NCBI RefSeq assembly: GCF_000012545.1
Contig: NC_007681.1
Location: 510,001 to 542,000, forward strand
Source: Methanosphaera stadtmanae DSM 3091
GTDB lineage: Archaea; Methanobacteriota; Methanobacteria; Methanobacteriales; Methanobacteriaceae
Length of the DNA stretch: 32,000 nucleotides
Direction of reading: 5' to 3'
In this document: one piece after another, positions 10,241-19,905 of the stretch
Position numbering within the stretch: the first letter of the stretch is position 1
Layout of the letters: each line of letters starts with the position of its first letter
Position numbers and translations under genes: made by a program
The notes under the pieces: model-generated
The model's database searches: none
Told to the model about the DNA's origin: nothing
What the model saw: only the letters and a program-made list of their open reading frames with translations

Positions 10241-11317
10241 ATGGTAAAAGTTTCTGTAGTTATTCCAGTATATAATGTTGAAAAGTATCTTAGGGATTGT
10301 TTGGATACTATTGTAAATCAAACACTGGAGGATATTGAAATTATCTGTGTTAATGATGGTTCCACAGATAAATCCTTAGATATATTAAATGAATATGCAA
10401 GTAAAGATGAACGTATGAGAGTTATTTCTCAAGAAAATGGGGGGCATGCCGTTGCTACAAATGTGGGAATGACTTATGCTACTGGTGAATATTTATTTTT
10501 AATGGATTCTGATGATATTTTAAAATTAAATGCTCTTGAGGATACTTATTCTATTGCAAAGGAAAAAGATGTTGATTTTGTATTATTTAAAGCCATAAAT
10601 TATGATGATGAAAAAGATGAATATTATGAGGCTGAAAATTATAGTATGAATAAAATAGCACGTATTGTTAAAGATAATATATTTTCATATGAAGATTTAG
10701 GAGATGCTATATTTGATATTACAGTTACTCCATGGAGTAAGTTGTATAATAGATCATTTATTGAAGAAAATAATATTACATTTCCAGAGGGTCTTGTTTT
10801 TGATGATAATGTATTTTTCTGGAAAGTATTGTTTAGTGCTAAGAGAATTTATTTCTATAAGGAATTTCTATTTACACGTAGATGGTATTCAACATCATCC
10901 ACTACTAAGGGTGATTTAAGATTCATAGATTCTATTGCAGTTTTTAATCTTGTATGGGATGTATTTAGAGAATTTAATTTATTTGAAAAATATAAGAAAA
11001 TTCTGTATGATAAAAAGGTATTTCTAGCTAATATGCGTTTTGATAGAATTAAAGAAGAATATAGAGAAGCATACTTCAGTGCTATGAAGGATGATTTTAC
11101 AAAGATATTGTATGATGATGTTCTTTATCAAGACTTTATTTCTATTCTATCACCTAAATATCAGAAATTATATGAACAAGTGTTAATATCAACTAGTGCT
11201 GAGGAATTTATTGCATCAAGAAAAGTATATGCTATGCTTAACACTATAAGTTGGAAATTATCTGCACCACTTAGAAATATTAAACAGGATATTACACGGG
11301 CTAAAAATAAGATATAA
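10241..11317 (+). CDS. Family 2 glycosyltransferase (tandem paralogue)
   Basis: N-terminus is VKVSVVIPVYNVEKYL...IICVNDGSTDKS...LFLMDSDD. It starts 4 nt after the previous GT2 stop. Confidence 0.85.
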   Translation: MVKVSVVIPVYNVEKYLRDCLDTIVNQTLEDIEIICVNDGSTDKSLDILNEYASKDERMRVISQENGGHAVATNVGMTYATGEYLFLMDSDDILKLNALEDTYSIAKEKDVDFVLFKAINYDDEKDEYYEAENYSMNKIARIVKDNIFSYEDLGDAIFDITVTPWSKLYNRSFIEENNITFPEGLVFDDNVFFWKVLFSAKRIYFYKEFLFTRRWYSTSSTTKGDLRFIDSIAVFNLVWDVFREFNLFEKYKKILYDKKVFLANMRFDRIKEEYREAYFSAMKDDFTKILYDDVLYQDFISILSPKYQKLYEQVLISTSAEEFIASRKVYAMLNTISWKLSAPLRNIKQDITRAKNKI

Positions 11318-11382
11318 TAATAGTTTCTTTTGAATAAAAAAGATAAAAGGAAATTCTAATTCCTTTTTTTAAATAGAAGAAT

Positions 11383-12303
11383 TTATTCTTCGTTCTGTTT
11401 TTTAACTTCTTTTTCTAATTGTTTTTCATCAATGATATGTTCAATCATTGTATCAATAGTTGCTGTTACATCGATATTTTCTATTACTGGAATTCCATAT
11501 TTATTTGCTTCTCCAACAATATAATCATGTGTTTTACGTATATCTGTAAAGTGTTTTAAGTATCTTTTAAGTGGACGTCTTGCCCATAACTGGCGACATC
11601 TAGAATAGAATCTACTTTTATGTATTTCTTCATCAGAAAGAGATAATACAAACATATGTACATTTGGAGTGTTTAATAATTCTTCATCAATAAAACCAGG
11701 AACAATATGAACTCCTTCTATAACTATACTTATTCCTTCTTTAATTGAACGTTCTACAACACCTGTTAGACCTACACTTACCGTATTTACATGATCTTTA
11801 AAACCAAGTAGTGTTTTATCAAATTCTGGTGGTGCAGGAGTAGTTAATGATTCTGCTGCCGTATAACTGGATTCAAATAATGTTGGACATAACTCCTTAG
11901 ATACGATTTTTCTCATTACTTCACGTATCATATCTGTACTTAACATGTTTTTTATTCCAAGTTTATTAGCTAGTTCAAATGAAATAGATGATGTTCCAAT
12001 ACCAGATGCTCCACCTATTAGTATGATTAGAGGATCTTCTGATCTTCTAATATTTTTCCAAGCACTATATTTTTTAGCTAATAATGGATCTTCTTTTTCT
12101 AATGTTGCTTTTACTCGTTTTATTAATTCTTCTGATGGTACAATTGTTATTTTGTCCTTTTCAAATGATTTTTCTATTTCTGAAGCTAATTCATATGCTC
12201 TATCTGCTTTAATTTCACAACGTACTAGTGATTTTGAAAGTATACCTTTTGAAAATGGTTCTCTGTATTTTTTTCCACCAATTTCTCCTTCAATTAATAA
12301 CAT
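11383..12303 (-). CDS. 2-phosphoglycerate kinase
   Basis: It has an N-terminal ATP-cone-like segment (FSKGILSKSLVR...AYELASEIE) and the P-loop ILIGGASGIGTSS. Size and layout match the methanogen 2-PGK family of the cyclic 2,3-diphosphoglycerate pathway. Confidence 0.7.
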   Translation of the reverse strand: MLLIEGEIGGKKYREPFSKGILSKSLVRCEIKADRAYELASEIEKSFEKDKITIVPSEELIKRVKATLEKEDPLLAKKYSAWKNIRRSEDPLIILIGGASGIGTSSISFELANKLGIKNMLSTDMIREVMRKIVSKELCPTLFESSYTAAESLTTPAPPEFDKTLLGFKDHVNTVSVGLTGVVERSIKEGISIVIEGVHIVPGFIDEELLNTPNVHMFVLSLSDEEIHKSRFYSRCRQLWARRPLKRYLKHFTDIRKTHDYIVGEANKYGIPVIENIDVTATIDTMIEHIIDEKQLEKEVKKQNEE

Positions 12304-12565
12304 TGTATCACCGCCTTAAACATTATTAGAGTATATAGTATAATTATATGTTTTATATAATTTATATTATTTGTATAAAAATAATTAAAACTTCTAAAAA
12401 TATTTTATAATAAATGAATATTCTATTAAAATAAGATAAATCTATGGGGGCTGAGTTTAGATAAAAATGAAAAAATATAATATAAACTTATTAATGAAAA
12501 TATACTTCATTTTAAAAGAACGTATTTTAAGTTAATATTATACTTCATTTTTTAATTAATTGTAT

Positions 12566-12727
12566 TTATTCTACTGCTTGGAACATATCTTTTCCAGCAC
12601 CACATAGTGGACATGTCCAGTCATCAGGTAAATCTTCAAGTGTCATACCTGGTTCTATTCCATGTGCTAAATCTCCTTTTTCTGAGTCAAATGTCCATCC
12701 ACATAACATACATTTATATTCTACCAT
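12566..12727 (-). CDS. rub: Rubredoxin (53 aa)
   Basis: Own translation: [53 protein letters not shown]. It has two CxxCG knuckles and a GGAGG RBS upstream. It falls below the 60-aa cut-off of the ORF track. Confidence 0.9.
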   Translation of the reverse strand: MVEYKCMLCGWTFDSEKGDLAHGIEPGMTLEDLPDDWTCPLCGAGKDMFQAVE

Positions 12728-13017
12728 ATTTTTTTCCTCCTTATTATTAACATATGATACTTTTCCTTTTTTTCTTTATATACTTAATAGATAATATTAA
12801 ATTGTATAAGTGTTCTTTATTTGATTAACAATGTTTTTATTTCGCATGGTTTTTCATATAACTATTAAATAATTTATTTTAAAAATATTAAATCTTTTAA
12901 AACTATTTTTATTTGAAATAAGATATAGTTACAATGTATTTATGTTTGGTAATTTATTTAAGGAGATGTTTTTTTTTTGATGTTTTTAAAAAAATTAAAG
13001 ATATAAAAAAAAGAGTT

Positions 13018-13179
13018 TTATTCAACAGGTCTAAACATTGTTTTATCAGATCCACAATAAGGACATGTCCAATCATCTGGTAAATCTTCAAAAGCAGTAC
13101 CTGGTGGTATATTCTGGGTTTTATCTCCATTTTCTGGATTATATACCCAACCGCATAATAAGCATTTATATTGTTTCAT
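13018..13179 (-). CDS. rub: Rubredoxin (53 aa), second copy
   Basis: Own translation: [62 protein letters not shown] lies upstream. The track ORF 13038..13238(+) is its antisense shadow. Confidence 0.9.
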   Translation of the reverse strand: MKQYKCLLCGWVYNPENGDKTQNIPPGTAFEDLPDDWTCPYCGSDKTMFRPVE

Positions 13180-13294
13180 TTATTTTCCCCCATGTTTTTA
13201 CTTATCTTTCTATGTTGTTACTTATATACTTATCATAGGGATTTGAAAAAACTAATATATATTTTTAAAAAAAGTTAAAAAGTGGTAGAACAAT

Positions 13295-14020
13295 CTATTT
13301 AAGTTCTACAAATACGTTATATGATAATTCTTTATCTAATTGTATTTCTTTATCAAATACTAATACTTTAACTGGACCATTTAATGGAGTTGAATTTATG
13401 AGTGTTATTTCTGTTTCTAATGTAATTCCAAGGTCGAGTAATTTTTTAATTTTATTGTTATCTCCACGTATAAATTTAACAACACCTGTTGTATTAGGTG
13501 TCATGTTTCCAAGTGATTTTAGATTTTCAATTCTTCGTGGAATTTCATCAATGCTATGAATTTTAGAGCATTCATAACATGTTTGGATATTTAAATCACA
13601 AGCTGGAATGATATTATGATCATCTGGGCATTGATCTGGATAACCTAGAAGTTGACATATTTTTCTTTCAGCTTCATCAGATAATGTGTGTTCCATTGCA
13701 CATGCTTGTTCATGTAAATCTTCCATATCTAAGCCTAATGTTTTATAGAGAAAAGTTTCAATAAGTCTATGTTTTCTAACAATACTTATTGCAACTTTAA
13801 AACCTTTGTCTGTTAATTGAACTCCTTTGTATTGATAGTAATTAACATAACCCTCTTCTTCTAGTTTTTTAAGCATTTGGGTTACACTACCTGGTGCAAT
13901 ATTAAGATCTTTAGATATTTCTGTTGTTTTAGCCATGTTGTCCTTTAGACTTTTTTTGTAGATTGTTTCTAAATATTCTTCTACATTCTCACTTATTTCT
14001 TTGCCATGCATTTTAAACAC
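13295..14020 (-). CDS. DtxR/IdeR/MntR-family metal-dependent transcriptional regulator with a C-terminal FeoA-like domain
   Basis: ENVEEYLETIYK...TTEISKDLNIAPGSVTQMLKKLEEEGYV forms the winged HTH. RKHRLIETFL...HEQACAMEH carries the metal-site helix residues. The C-terminal ~70 aa are FeoA/SH3-like. Confidence 0.8.
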   Translation of the reverse strand: MFKMHGKEISENVEEYLETIYKKSLKDNMAKTTEISKDLNIAPGSVTQMLKKLEEEGYVNYYQYKGVQLTDKGFKVAISIVRKHRLIETFLYKTLGLDMEDLHEQACAMEHTLSDEAERKICQLLGYPDQCPDDHNIIPACDLNIQTCYECSKIHSIDEIPRRIENLKSLGNMTPNTTGVVKFIRGDNNKIKKLLDLGITLETEITLINSTPLNGPVKVLVFDKEIQLDKELSYNVFVELK

Positions 14021-14106
14021 TTTTCCACTTATTAAATGACTAATATATTATAATATTATGTTTAGATTTAATTACTTATAACTATTTTTTTTAAATCTTT
14101 AATAAT

Positions 14107-15576
14107 TTATAAAAACTCTTTTTTTAATTCATTTCTTAGTAATTTCCATCCATTTACGCGAGGTAATTCTTTGACACTGAATATTTTTCGTGGAATTTTA
14201 TATCTTGCAAGATTTTTCTGTGCAAATTCAATTAATCCTTTTTCATCTTCTTTATCCTTCCAGATAACAGCAGCTACTGGAATTTCACCTCTATGTTCAT
14301 GTGGAAGACTAAATACTGCAATTTCATCAAGGGCATCATATTTAATTAGCACTTCTTCTACTTCTGTAGGATATATTTTCCATCCAGACATAATTATCAT
14401 GTCTTTCTTACGATCTGTTATGAATAATCTCTTATCATCGTCAAGATATCCAATATCTCCTGTTAAAAACCATCCATTATCAAGGAACACTTTTTCATTA
14501 GCTTCAGGTTTATTCCAGTATCCTTTAGCTATTGATGGTCCACGTAGTGCAATTTCACCAGGACAATTTAAGTCCATTTCAATTTTAGGATTTTCAGTAT
14601 CCACTATTTTAACTTCACTAAAACATACAGGATGACCTACACTTTCAAATCTATCTGCAGAAGCATAATCTTCTGGACGTATAACTGTACCTGTTCCTAT
14701 TACAATAGTTTCAGATGCACCATATGCATTAAGTACTGCAATTCCATATTTTTTATAGAATTTCTTCCATATTTCTTTATGTAATGGTCCACCACCGGAT
14801 ATTATACTTTTTACTGTGTATAATTTATTTTGAACTTTATCTGGATTTGATACTATTGAATGAATAACTGGAGGCATACCTGTTGCATGTGTCACTTGAT
14901 TTTCAAAGATTATATCTAGATATTCATCAAATGTATAATTATTTTTAGTTATACATAATGCTGCTGTTCTAAGGGTAGATATTGCCCATGAAATTCCCAC
15001 ATGTGCCATTGGATAAATACAAAACATCACACTATTATGATTCATCTTAAGTACATCACATTCATTTTGTATTGCACTAAACCAATTTCCATGTGTTAAC
15101 ATTGCACCCTTTGGTTTTCCTGTTGTTCCACTGGTGTATTGTAGTTGACATAAATCATTCCATGAAGTGTTACAAGCCTCAAGAATTGGGGCATTAGTGT
15201 ATTTATCCATATTTGGGATTATGTATGAGTCAATGGAAAAATCATCTGCATTTTTGTCTGTTATTATTAATTTAGCATCTGAATCTTCAATGAAGTATTG
15301 AATTTCAGGGGAGGTGTAGATTCTATTTGTTGGTACTGCCACAGCACCTATACGCCATAGTGCTAGGAATGAGAAGAGATATTCTGGTCCATTGGGCAGG
15401 TATATGAGTACACGATCTCCTTTTGTAATTCCAAGATCTATTAATTTACGTCCTATTTCAGAAATAATACCTAGTATGTCTCTGGAGTTATATCTTTTTT
15501 CTCTGTCAATAGAATAGTAAACAGGTTTATCTAATCTACATGCATTAGCATCTAAAAATGTTGTTATATTTATCAT
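14107..15576 (-). CDS. AMP-dependent synthetase/ligase (acyl-CoA synthetase family)
   Basis: It has the AMP-binding motif YTSGTTGKPKGAMLTH and later GWFLTGDIGYLDDD...ITDRKKDMI. The substrate cannot be assigned. Confidence 0.85.
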   Translation of the reverse strand: MINITTFLDANACRLDKPVYYSIDREKRYNSRDILGIISEIGRKLIDLGITKGDRVLIYLPNGPEYLFSFLALWRIGAVAVPTNRIYTSPEIQYFIEDSDAKLIITDKNADDFSIDSYIIPNMDKYTNAPILEACNTSWNDLCQLQYTSGTTGKPKGAMLTHGNWFSAIQNECDVLKMNHNSVMFCIYPMAHVGISWAISTLRTAALCITKNNYTFDEYLDIIFENQVTHATGMPPVIHSIVSNPDKVQNKLYTVKSIISGGGPLHKEIWKKFYKKYGIAVLNAYGASETIVIGTGTVIRPEDYASADRFESVGHPVCFSEVKIVDTENPKIEMDLNCPGEIALRGPSIAKGYWNKPEANEKVFLDNGWFLTGDIGYLDDDKRLFITDRKKDMIIMSGWKIYPTEVEEVLIKYDALDEIAVFSLPHEHRGEIPVAAVIWKDKEDEKGLIEFAQKNLARYKIPRKIFSVKELPRVNGWKLLRNELKKEFL

Positions 15577-15718
15577 AAAATTATACAGTCCTCTTTTTAT
15601 TAAACTATTATTATATTTCTAATTAATTTATATTAAGTTATTATACAAATATATTATAATATAAAAAAAATAATAGAAAAATTCAACTATTTATAAAAAC
15701 TAATAAAAATTGATATTC

Positions 15719-17158
15719 ATGAATGTAACATCTCGTGTCATAAAGAATTCAAGTTTACTGTTATTTGCAAGTGTTATAAATAATGTGATGACATTTATAT
15801 TAACACTTTTCACAGCAAGGTATCTTGGAACATATAATTTTGGTTTAATTTCATCAGCTACTTCTTTGGTTGGTGTATTTGGTATATTCTGTGATTTAGG
15901 TTTTGCCACATATGCTATTAGGGAAGTATCACGAAATAAGGATTTAACAGGAGTTTATTTTGGTACTGTATTTTTACTTAGAGTTATATCATCCATATTG
16001 ACTTGTATTGTTTATGTTATTTTCATATTCTTTAGTAATTTTAGTACAGATGGAACTAATGTAATGATAATATTTGGAATATATATGTTGTTTAATTCAT
16101 TTGTTCTTTGTTATTATTCATTGTTCCAAAGTAATGAGAAAATGGAGTATCAGACAATAGGTAATGTTATTTATAGTGTGTCTGTTCTTTTAATTATTTT
16201 ATTAATAATTTTTAGAAGTGGAAATGTTACAATAGTAGCTGCAGCATATCCTATAGCAATAATTTTATCGTTTATTTACTGTAGTTATATTACAATTAAG
16301 AAGTATCCTAGACTCAGTGTTTGTTTAGAAAAATCATTTATAAAACAAATTCTCATTAAGGGTATTCCATTCGGTATAACATCAGTATTTACTTCAATAT
16401 ACTTCTGGATAGCATTAATTATACTAACTTATATGGCTGGAAGTGTATCTGTAGGATTATTTAGTTCATCACAGAAGTTGTTACTTGTCTTATCAGCGAT
16501 ATTTTATTTAATATCCAATGCAATATTTCCAGTAATGAGTGAATTATTTACTACAGATAAAAATGCTCTTGTAGATTTGTATCATAAGTTAATGAAGTAC
16601 TTGTTGATTGTTGGTATGGCAATTGCTGTGGGAACATCAATATATTCTAAGGAAATTATTGGTATTATATATGGTAGTGAATATGTGGTAGGTGCTCATG
16701 CATTAACTATACTTATATGGGCGGGTATTTTCATGTTTCTTAGTGGTTTAACTTCAACCTTACTTGGAGCTATAAATAAACAAGTATCTGTAACAAAGAA
16801 TGCTGCTATAGGAGCAATATTTAGTATAATTCTAAATTTAATATTAATATATTATTTATCATATATTGGTGCTAGTATTTCTACTGTTTCAACTGAATTT
16901 TTAATATTGGTGTTGATGTTATATGCCTTGTCTAAAACAGAATTTAAATTAAATCTTAAAAAATCAGTGCTTCCATGTATACAAGTTATCTTGGCAAATA
17001 TAATTATGGGTGTTGTTTTATTATATTTAAATTTACCATTCATATTTGCTATTGTTGTTGCAGTAATTGTTTATATTGTTGCATTAATTGTAACTGGAGC
17101 AATAAATAGAAATGATATTAGTATTGTCTTGAATTTTATAAATGATTTTAAAAAATAG
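15719..17158 (+). CDS. Polysaccharide biosynthesis protein / MOP-superfamily flippase (Wzx/RfbX-like)
   Basis: It is polytopic along its whole length (about 12-14 hydrophobic segments). The N-terminus NSSLLLFASVINNVMTFILTLFTARYLGTYNFG is typical of this family. ATG 15719 is preferred over the TTG at 15710. Confidence 0.7.
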   Translation: MNVTSRVIKNSSLLLFASVINNVMTFILTLFTARYLGTYNFGLISSATSLVGVFGIFCDLGFATYAIREVSRNKDLTGVYFGTVFLLRVISSILTCIVYVIFIFFSNFSTDGTNVMIIFGIYMLFNSFVLCYYSLFQSNEKMEYQTIGNVIYSVSVLLIILLIIFRSGNVTIVAAAYPIAIILSFIYCSYITIKKYPRLSVCLEKSFIKQILIKGIPFGITSVFTSIYFWIALIILTYMAGSVSVGLFSSSQKLLLVLSAIFYLISNAIFPVMSELFTTDKNALVDLYHKLMKYLLIVGMAIAVGTSIYSKEIIGIIYGSEYVVGAHALTILIWAGIFMFLSGLTSTLLGAINKQVSVTKNAAIGAIFSIILNLILIYYLSYIGASISTVSTEFLILVLMLYALSKTEFKLNLKKSVLPCIQVILANIIMGVVLLYLNLPFIFAIVVAVIVYIVALIVTGAINRNDISIVLNFINDFKK

Positions 17159-17384
17159 AAATTGATCATTATAAAAAAAAGATTATTATATTAACTCTAA
17201 TTAAGTTAATATACTTTACTTCTTTTTGTATAAAATTTATGAATCATGTTTTTTTAGGTGATTTAACTTCATAATTCTAAATTTTTTTCACATCATGTTT
17301 TTTTTTTATAGGATATTATGTTAAATAGGAGGTCAAGGAGTGTCTAATGACTAATAATTTAATAATTTGGTGATAATATTTTAT

Positions 17385-18347
17385 TTAGTAATAAAGGTCA
17401 GATAACCATTCAACACTTAAGTATCTTTCACCAGTATCTGCAAGTACAGCTACAATGGTTTTTCCTTTGTTTTCTGGTCTTTTAGCTATTTCAAGTGCTG
17501 CATATACTGCAGATCCTGAGGATATTCCTGCAAGTATTCCTTCTTTTTGTGCAAGTGCTATTGTGGTTTTTCCTGCATCTTCATCTTCTACAGTTACAAC
17601 TTCATCAATAACATCTAAATCAAGGGTATCTGCTATGAATCCTGGACTAATTCCTTGTATTTTGTGGGATCCTTTTTTACCTTCAGTAATTATAGGTGAT
17701 GCTGCAGCTTCCACACCTATTGCTTTAAAGTCATCTTTTTCTTTTTTAATAGCATTTGCAATTCCAGTTATTGTTCCACCAGTTCCTATTGCTCCAACTA
17801 CAATGTCTACATCTCCATCTGTATCTACAAGAATTTCTTTTCCTGTTAATCTTTCATGTATTTCTGGGTTTGCAGGGTTTTCGAATTGTTGTAAGATAAT
17901 TGAATTTTCAATTTCTTCATTTAATCTTTCTGCTTCTTTTATTGCTCCAGGAATTCCTTCAGATGCAGGTGTAAGTACTAAATCTGCTCCAAATATTTTA
18001 ACGAGTTTTCTTCTTTCAATTGAAAATGATTCTGGTAGTATGATTTTCAATTTGTATCCTTTTGCTGCTGCTGCAAATGCTAATGCTACTCCTGTGTTTC
18101 CACTGGTAGGTTCGATTATTGTTGTATCTTTGTTTATTTTTCCAGATTTTTCTGCATCTTCTATAAGTGAAACTGCTACTCTGTCTTTTACACTACTTAC
18201 AGGATTGAAGGATTCTAATTTAACTAGTACATTTGCATCAATTCCTTCTGTTAATCTATTTAACTTCACAAGTGGTGTGTTACCTATTGTTTCTGTTATG
18301 TCGTTTGCTATTGGTTTTTTTAGTATTTCAATATTTTCTATTGCCAT
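17385..18347 (-). CDS. cysK: Cysteine synthase A / O-acetylserine sulfhydrylase
   Basis: IGNTPLVKLNRL...KLESFNPVSSVKDR contains the PLP lysine, followed by EPTSGNTGVALA and GTGGTITG. ORF 17455..18414(+) is an antisense shadow. Confidence 0.85.
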   Translation of the reverse strand: MAIENIEILKKPIANDITETIGNTPLVKLNRLTEGIDANVLVKLESFNPVSSVKDRVAVSLIEDAEKSGKINKDTTIIEPTSGNTGVALAFAAAAKGYKLKIILPESFSIERRKLVKIFGADLVLTPASEGIPGAIKEAERLNEEIENSIILQQFENPANPEIHERLTGKEILVDTDGDVDIVVGAIGTGGTITGIANAIKKEKDDFKAIGVEAAASPIITEGKKGSHKIQGISPGFIADTLDLDVIDEVVTVEDEDAGKTTIALAQKEGILAGISSGSAVYAALEIAKRPENKGKTIVAVLADTGERYLSVEWLSDLYY

Positions 18348-18455
18348 CGATTTTTCTCCTTATTTTTTGTATATTAGTATCATATATAATTTCTTTATAT
18401 TTTTCTTTCTTTAATGATTTTTATGATATTAACTTGGTTAAACAATAAGCCTTAA

Positions 18456-18479
18456 AAAATATAACAATTGTTATATTTT
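18456..18479. promoter_or_regulatory. Perfect 24-bp palindrome in the cysK-cysE divergent intergenic region (candidate operator)
   Basis: AAAATATAACAATTGTTATATTTT is its own reverse complement. It lies 109 nt from the cysK start and 221 nt from the cysE ATG. Confidence 0.35.
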
Positions 18480-18699
18480 AACATATTAAAAAAAACTTAT
18501 TGTTGAATTATTTTATTATATATTATAGTCTTCATTATCTCTTTATAAATTTTATACTATTTAAAGTTAACGTTGTTATGTTTATTAATTATCAGAAATA
18601 AATATAATTTTAAAAATAATACAAAAAATATGATACACAAAAGAATAAATAATAATAAAATATAAAAAGATAACTAACATAACATGAGGATAGAAAAAT

Positions 18700-19413
18700 A
18701 TGTTTGATACAATTAAGGAAGACATACATACAGTTTTCTCTAATGATCCTGCAGCAAAAAGTACCATAGAGGTAATTTTATGTTATCCTGGACTACATGC
18801 AATATGGTTTCATAAAATCGCACATTGGTTTTGGATGAAAAATCATAGATTAATAGGTAGATACATCTCCCACATTAATAGATTTTTAACAGGAATAGAA
18901 ATACATCCGGGAGCTACTATTGGACGAAGATTCTTCATAGATCATGGAATGGGAGTAGTTATTGGAGAAACAACAATAGTAGGTGATGATGTTCTTTTAT
19001 ATAAGGGGGTTGTACTTGGAGGTACAAGTCTGGAGAGTAAAAAAAGACATCCAACAATAGGAAATAACGTGGTAGTAGGAACAAATGCAATAGTCTTGGG
19101 AGATATTGAAATAGGTGATAACTGTAAAATAGGAGCAGGATCTGTTGTTACAAAACCAGCACCTGAGGGTTCAACAATTGTAGGAATACCTGGAAGAACA
19201 TTAGAATCTATTAAAAAACAAAGTAAACATAAACATGATTTAGAACATGGAAAAATACCAGATCCAATAACAGAAATACTAAACACACTCATTAAACGAC
19301 AAGAAGAACTAGAAGAAATAGTATATCATGAAAATCGTTCAGAAGAAGATAGAAAAATAATGTATAAGGAACTTAAAGAATTATCACAAGAAAATCAATC
19401 CGAAAAAGAATAA
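18700..19413 (+). CDS. cysE: Serine O-acetyltransferase
   Basis: [26 protein letters not shown]...[27 protein letters not shown] is followed by hexapeptide repeats. The acidic C-terminal tail is unassigned. Confidence 0.85.
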   Translation: MFDTIKEDIHTVFSNDPAAKSTIEVILCYPGLHAIWFHKIAHWFWMKNHRLIGRYISHINRFLTGIEIHPGATIGRRFFIDHGMGVVIGETTIVGDDVLLYKGVVLGGTSLESKKRHPTIGNNVVVGTNAIVLGDIEIGDNCKIGAGSVVTKPAPEGSTIVGIPGRTLESIKKQSKHKHDLEHGKIPDPITEILNTLIKRQEELEEIVYHENRSEEDRKIMYKELKELSQENQSEKE

Positions 19414-19443
19414 AAAAGTAAATTCTTTTTTCATATCTATTTT

Positions 19444-19905
19444 TTACCTAAAATATATATTCATAAAATAATCATCATTATATTCAATCCACTTAACTTC
19501 TATGTTATAATACCACTGTTTTTTTAGAGAAGTATAGTAATATGTGGGTTTATTATTAAAACTAACTCTACATGGAATTTCTACTTCAATTTCTTTTTTT
19601 GTATTATCAGATAAAACACAATATGAATAAAGATAATGTCTACTATTTTTTGTTTTATAATATATATTCATATTACATGGAATATTCATGCTTATAGTTT
19701 TTTTAGAACCATAACCTGAAGCATGTACTAAATTCACATTATTTGATAATTCAATGAGAGTATTTTTTATATCCATTGATTTTTTTATATCATTAACATC
19801 ACTAACAGTATCTTCAATGAGGGGTATTGAAAACATGGAAAGTATACTAAGTGAAATTAAAAATATTAATAGATATTCAAGTGAAACTTGTGCTCTTGAA
19901 TCCAT
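19444..19905 (-). CDS. Class III signal-peptide (archaeal type IV pilin-like) protein
   Basis: The N-terminus MDSRA/QVSLEYLLIFLISLSILSMF has the short charged leader, the QxSxEY motif and the hydrophobic helix typical of EppA-processed archaeal pilins. Its start overlaps the stop of the upstream peptidase gene by 1 nt (TAATG). Confidence 0.65.
   Translation of the reverse strand: MDSRAQVSLEYLLIFLISLSILSMFSIPLIEDTVSDVNDIKKSMDIKNTLIELSNNVNLVHASGYGSKKTISMNIPCNMNIYYKTKNSRHYLYSYCVLSDNTKKEIEVEIPCRVSFNNKPTYYYTSLKKQWYYNIEVKWIEYNDDYFMNIYFR

Noticed and set aside
17455-18414. Long antisense ORFs opposite real genes. Examples are 17455..18414(+) vs cysK, 11945..12319(+) vs 2-PGK, 14171..14635(+) vs the ligase, 18942..19292(-) vs cysE, 4069..4362(-), 6391..7155(-) and 25266..26144(-) vs adhesin sequences, and 23391..23951(+) vs hsdR'
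   Set aside because: These are shadow ORFs. Each lies fully within a gene that has strong family motifs on the other strand. Their products are low-complexity (S/F/I/L-rich), and purine-rich coding strands deplete stop codons on the antisense strand.
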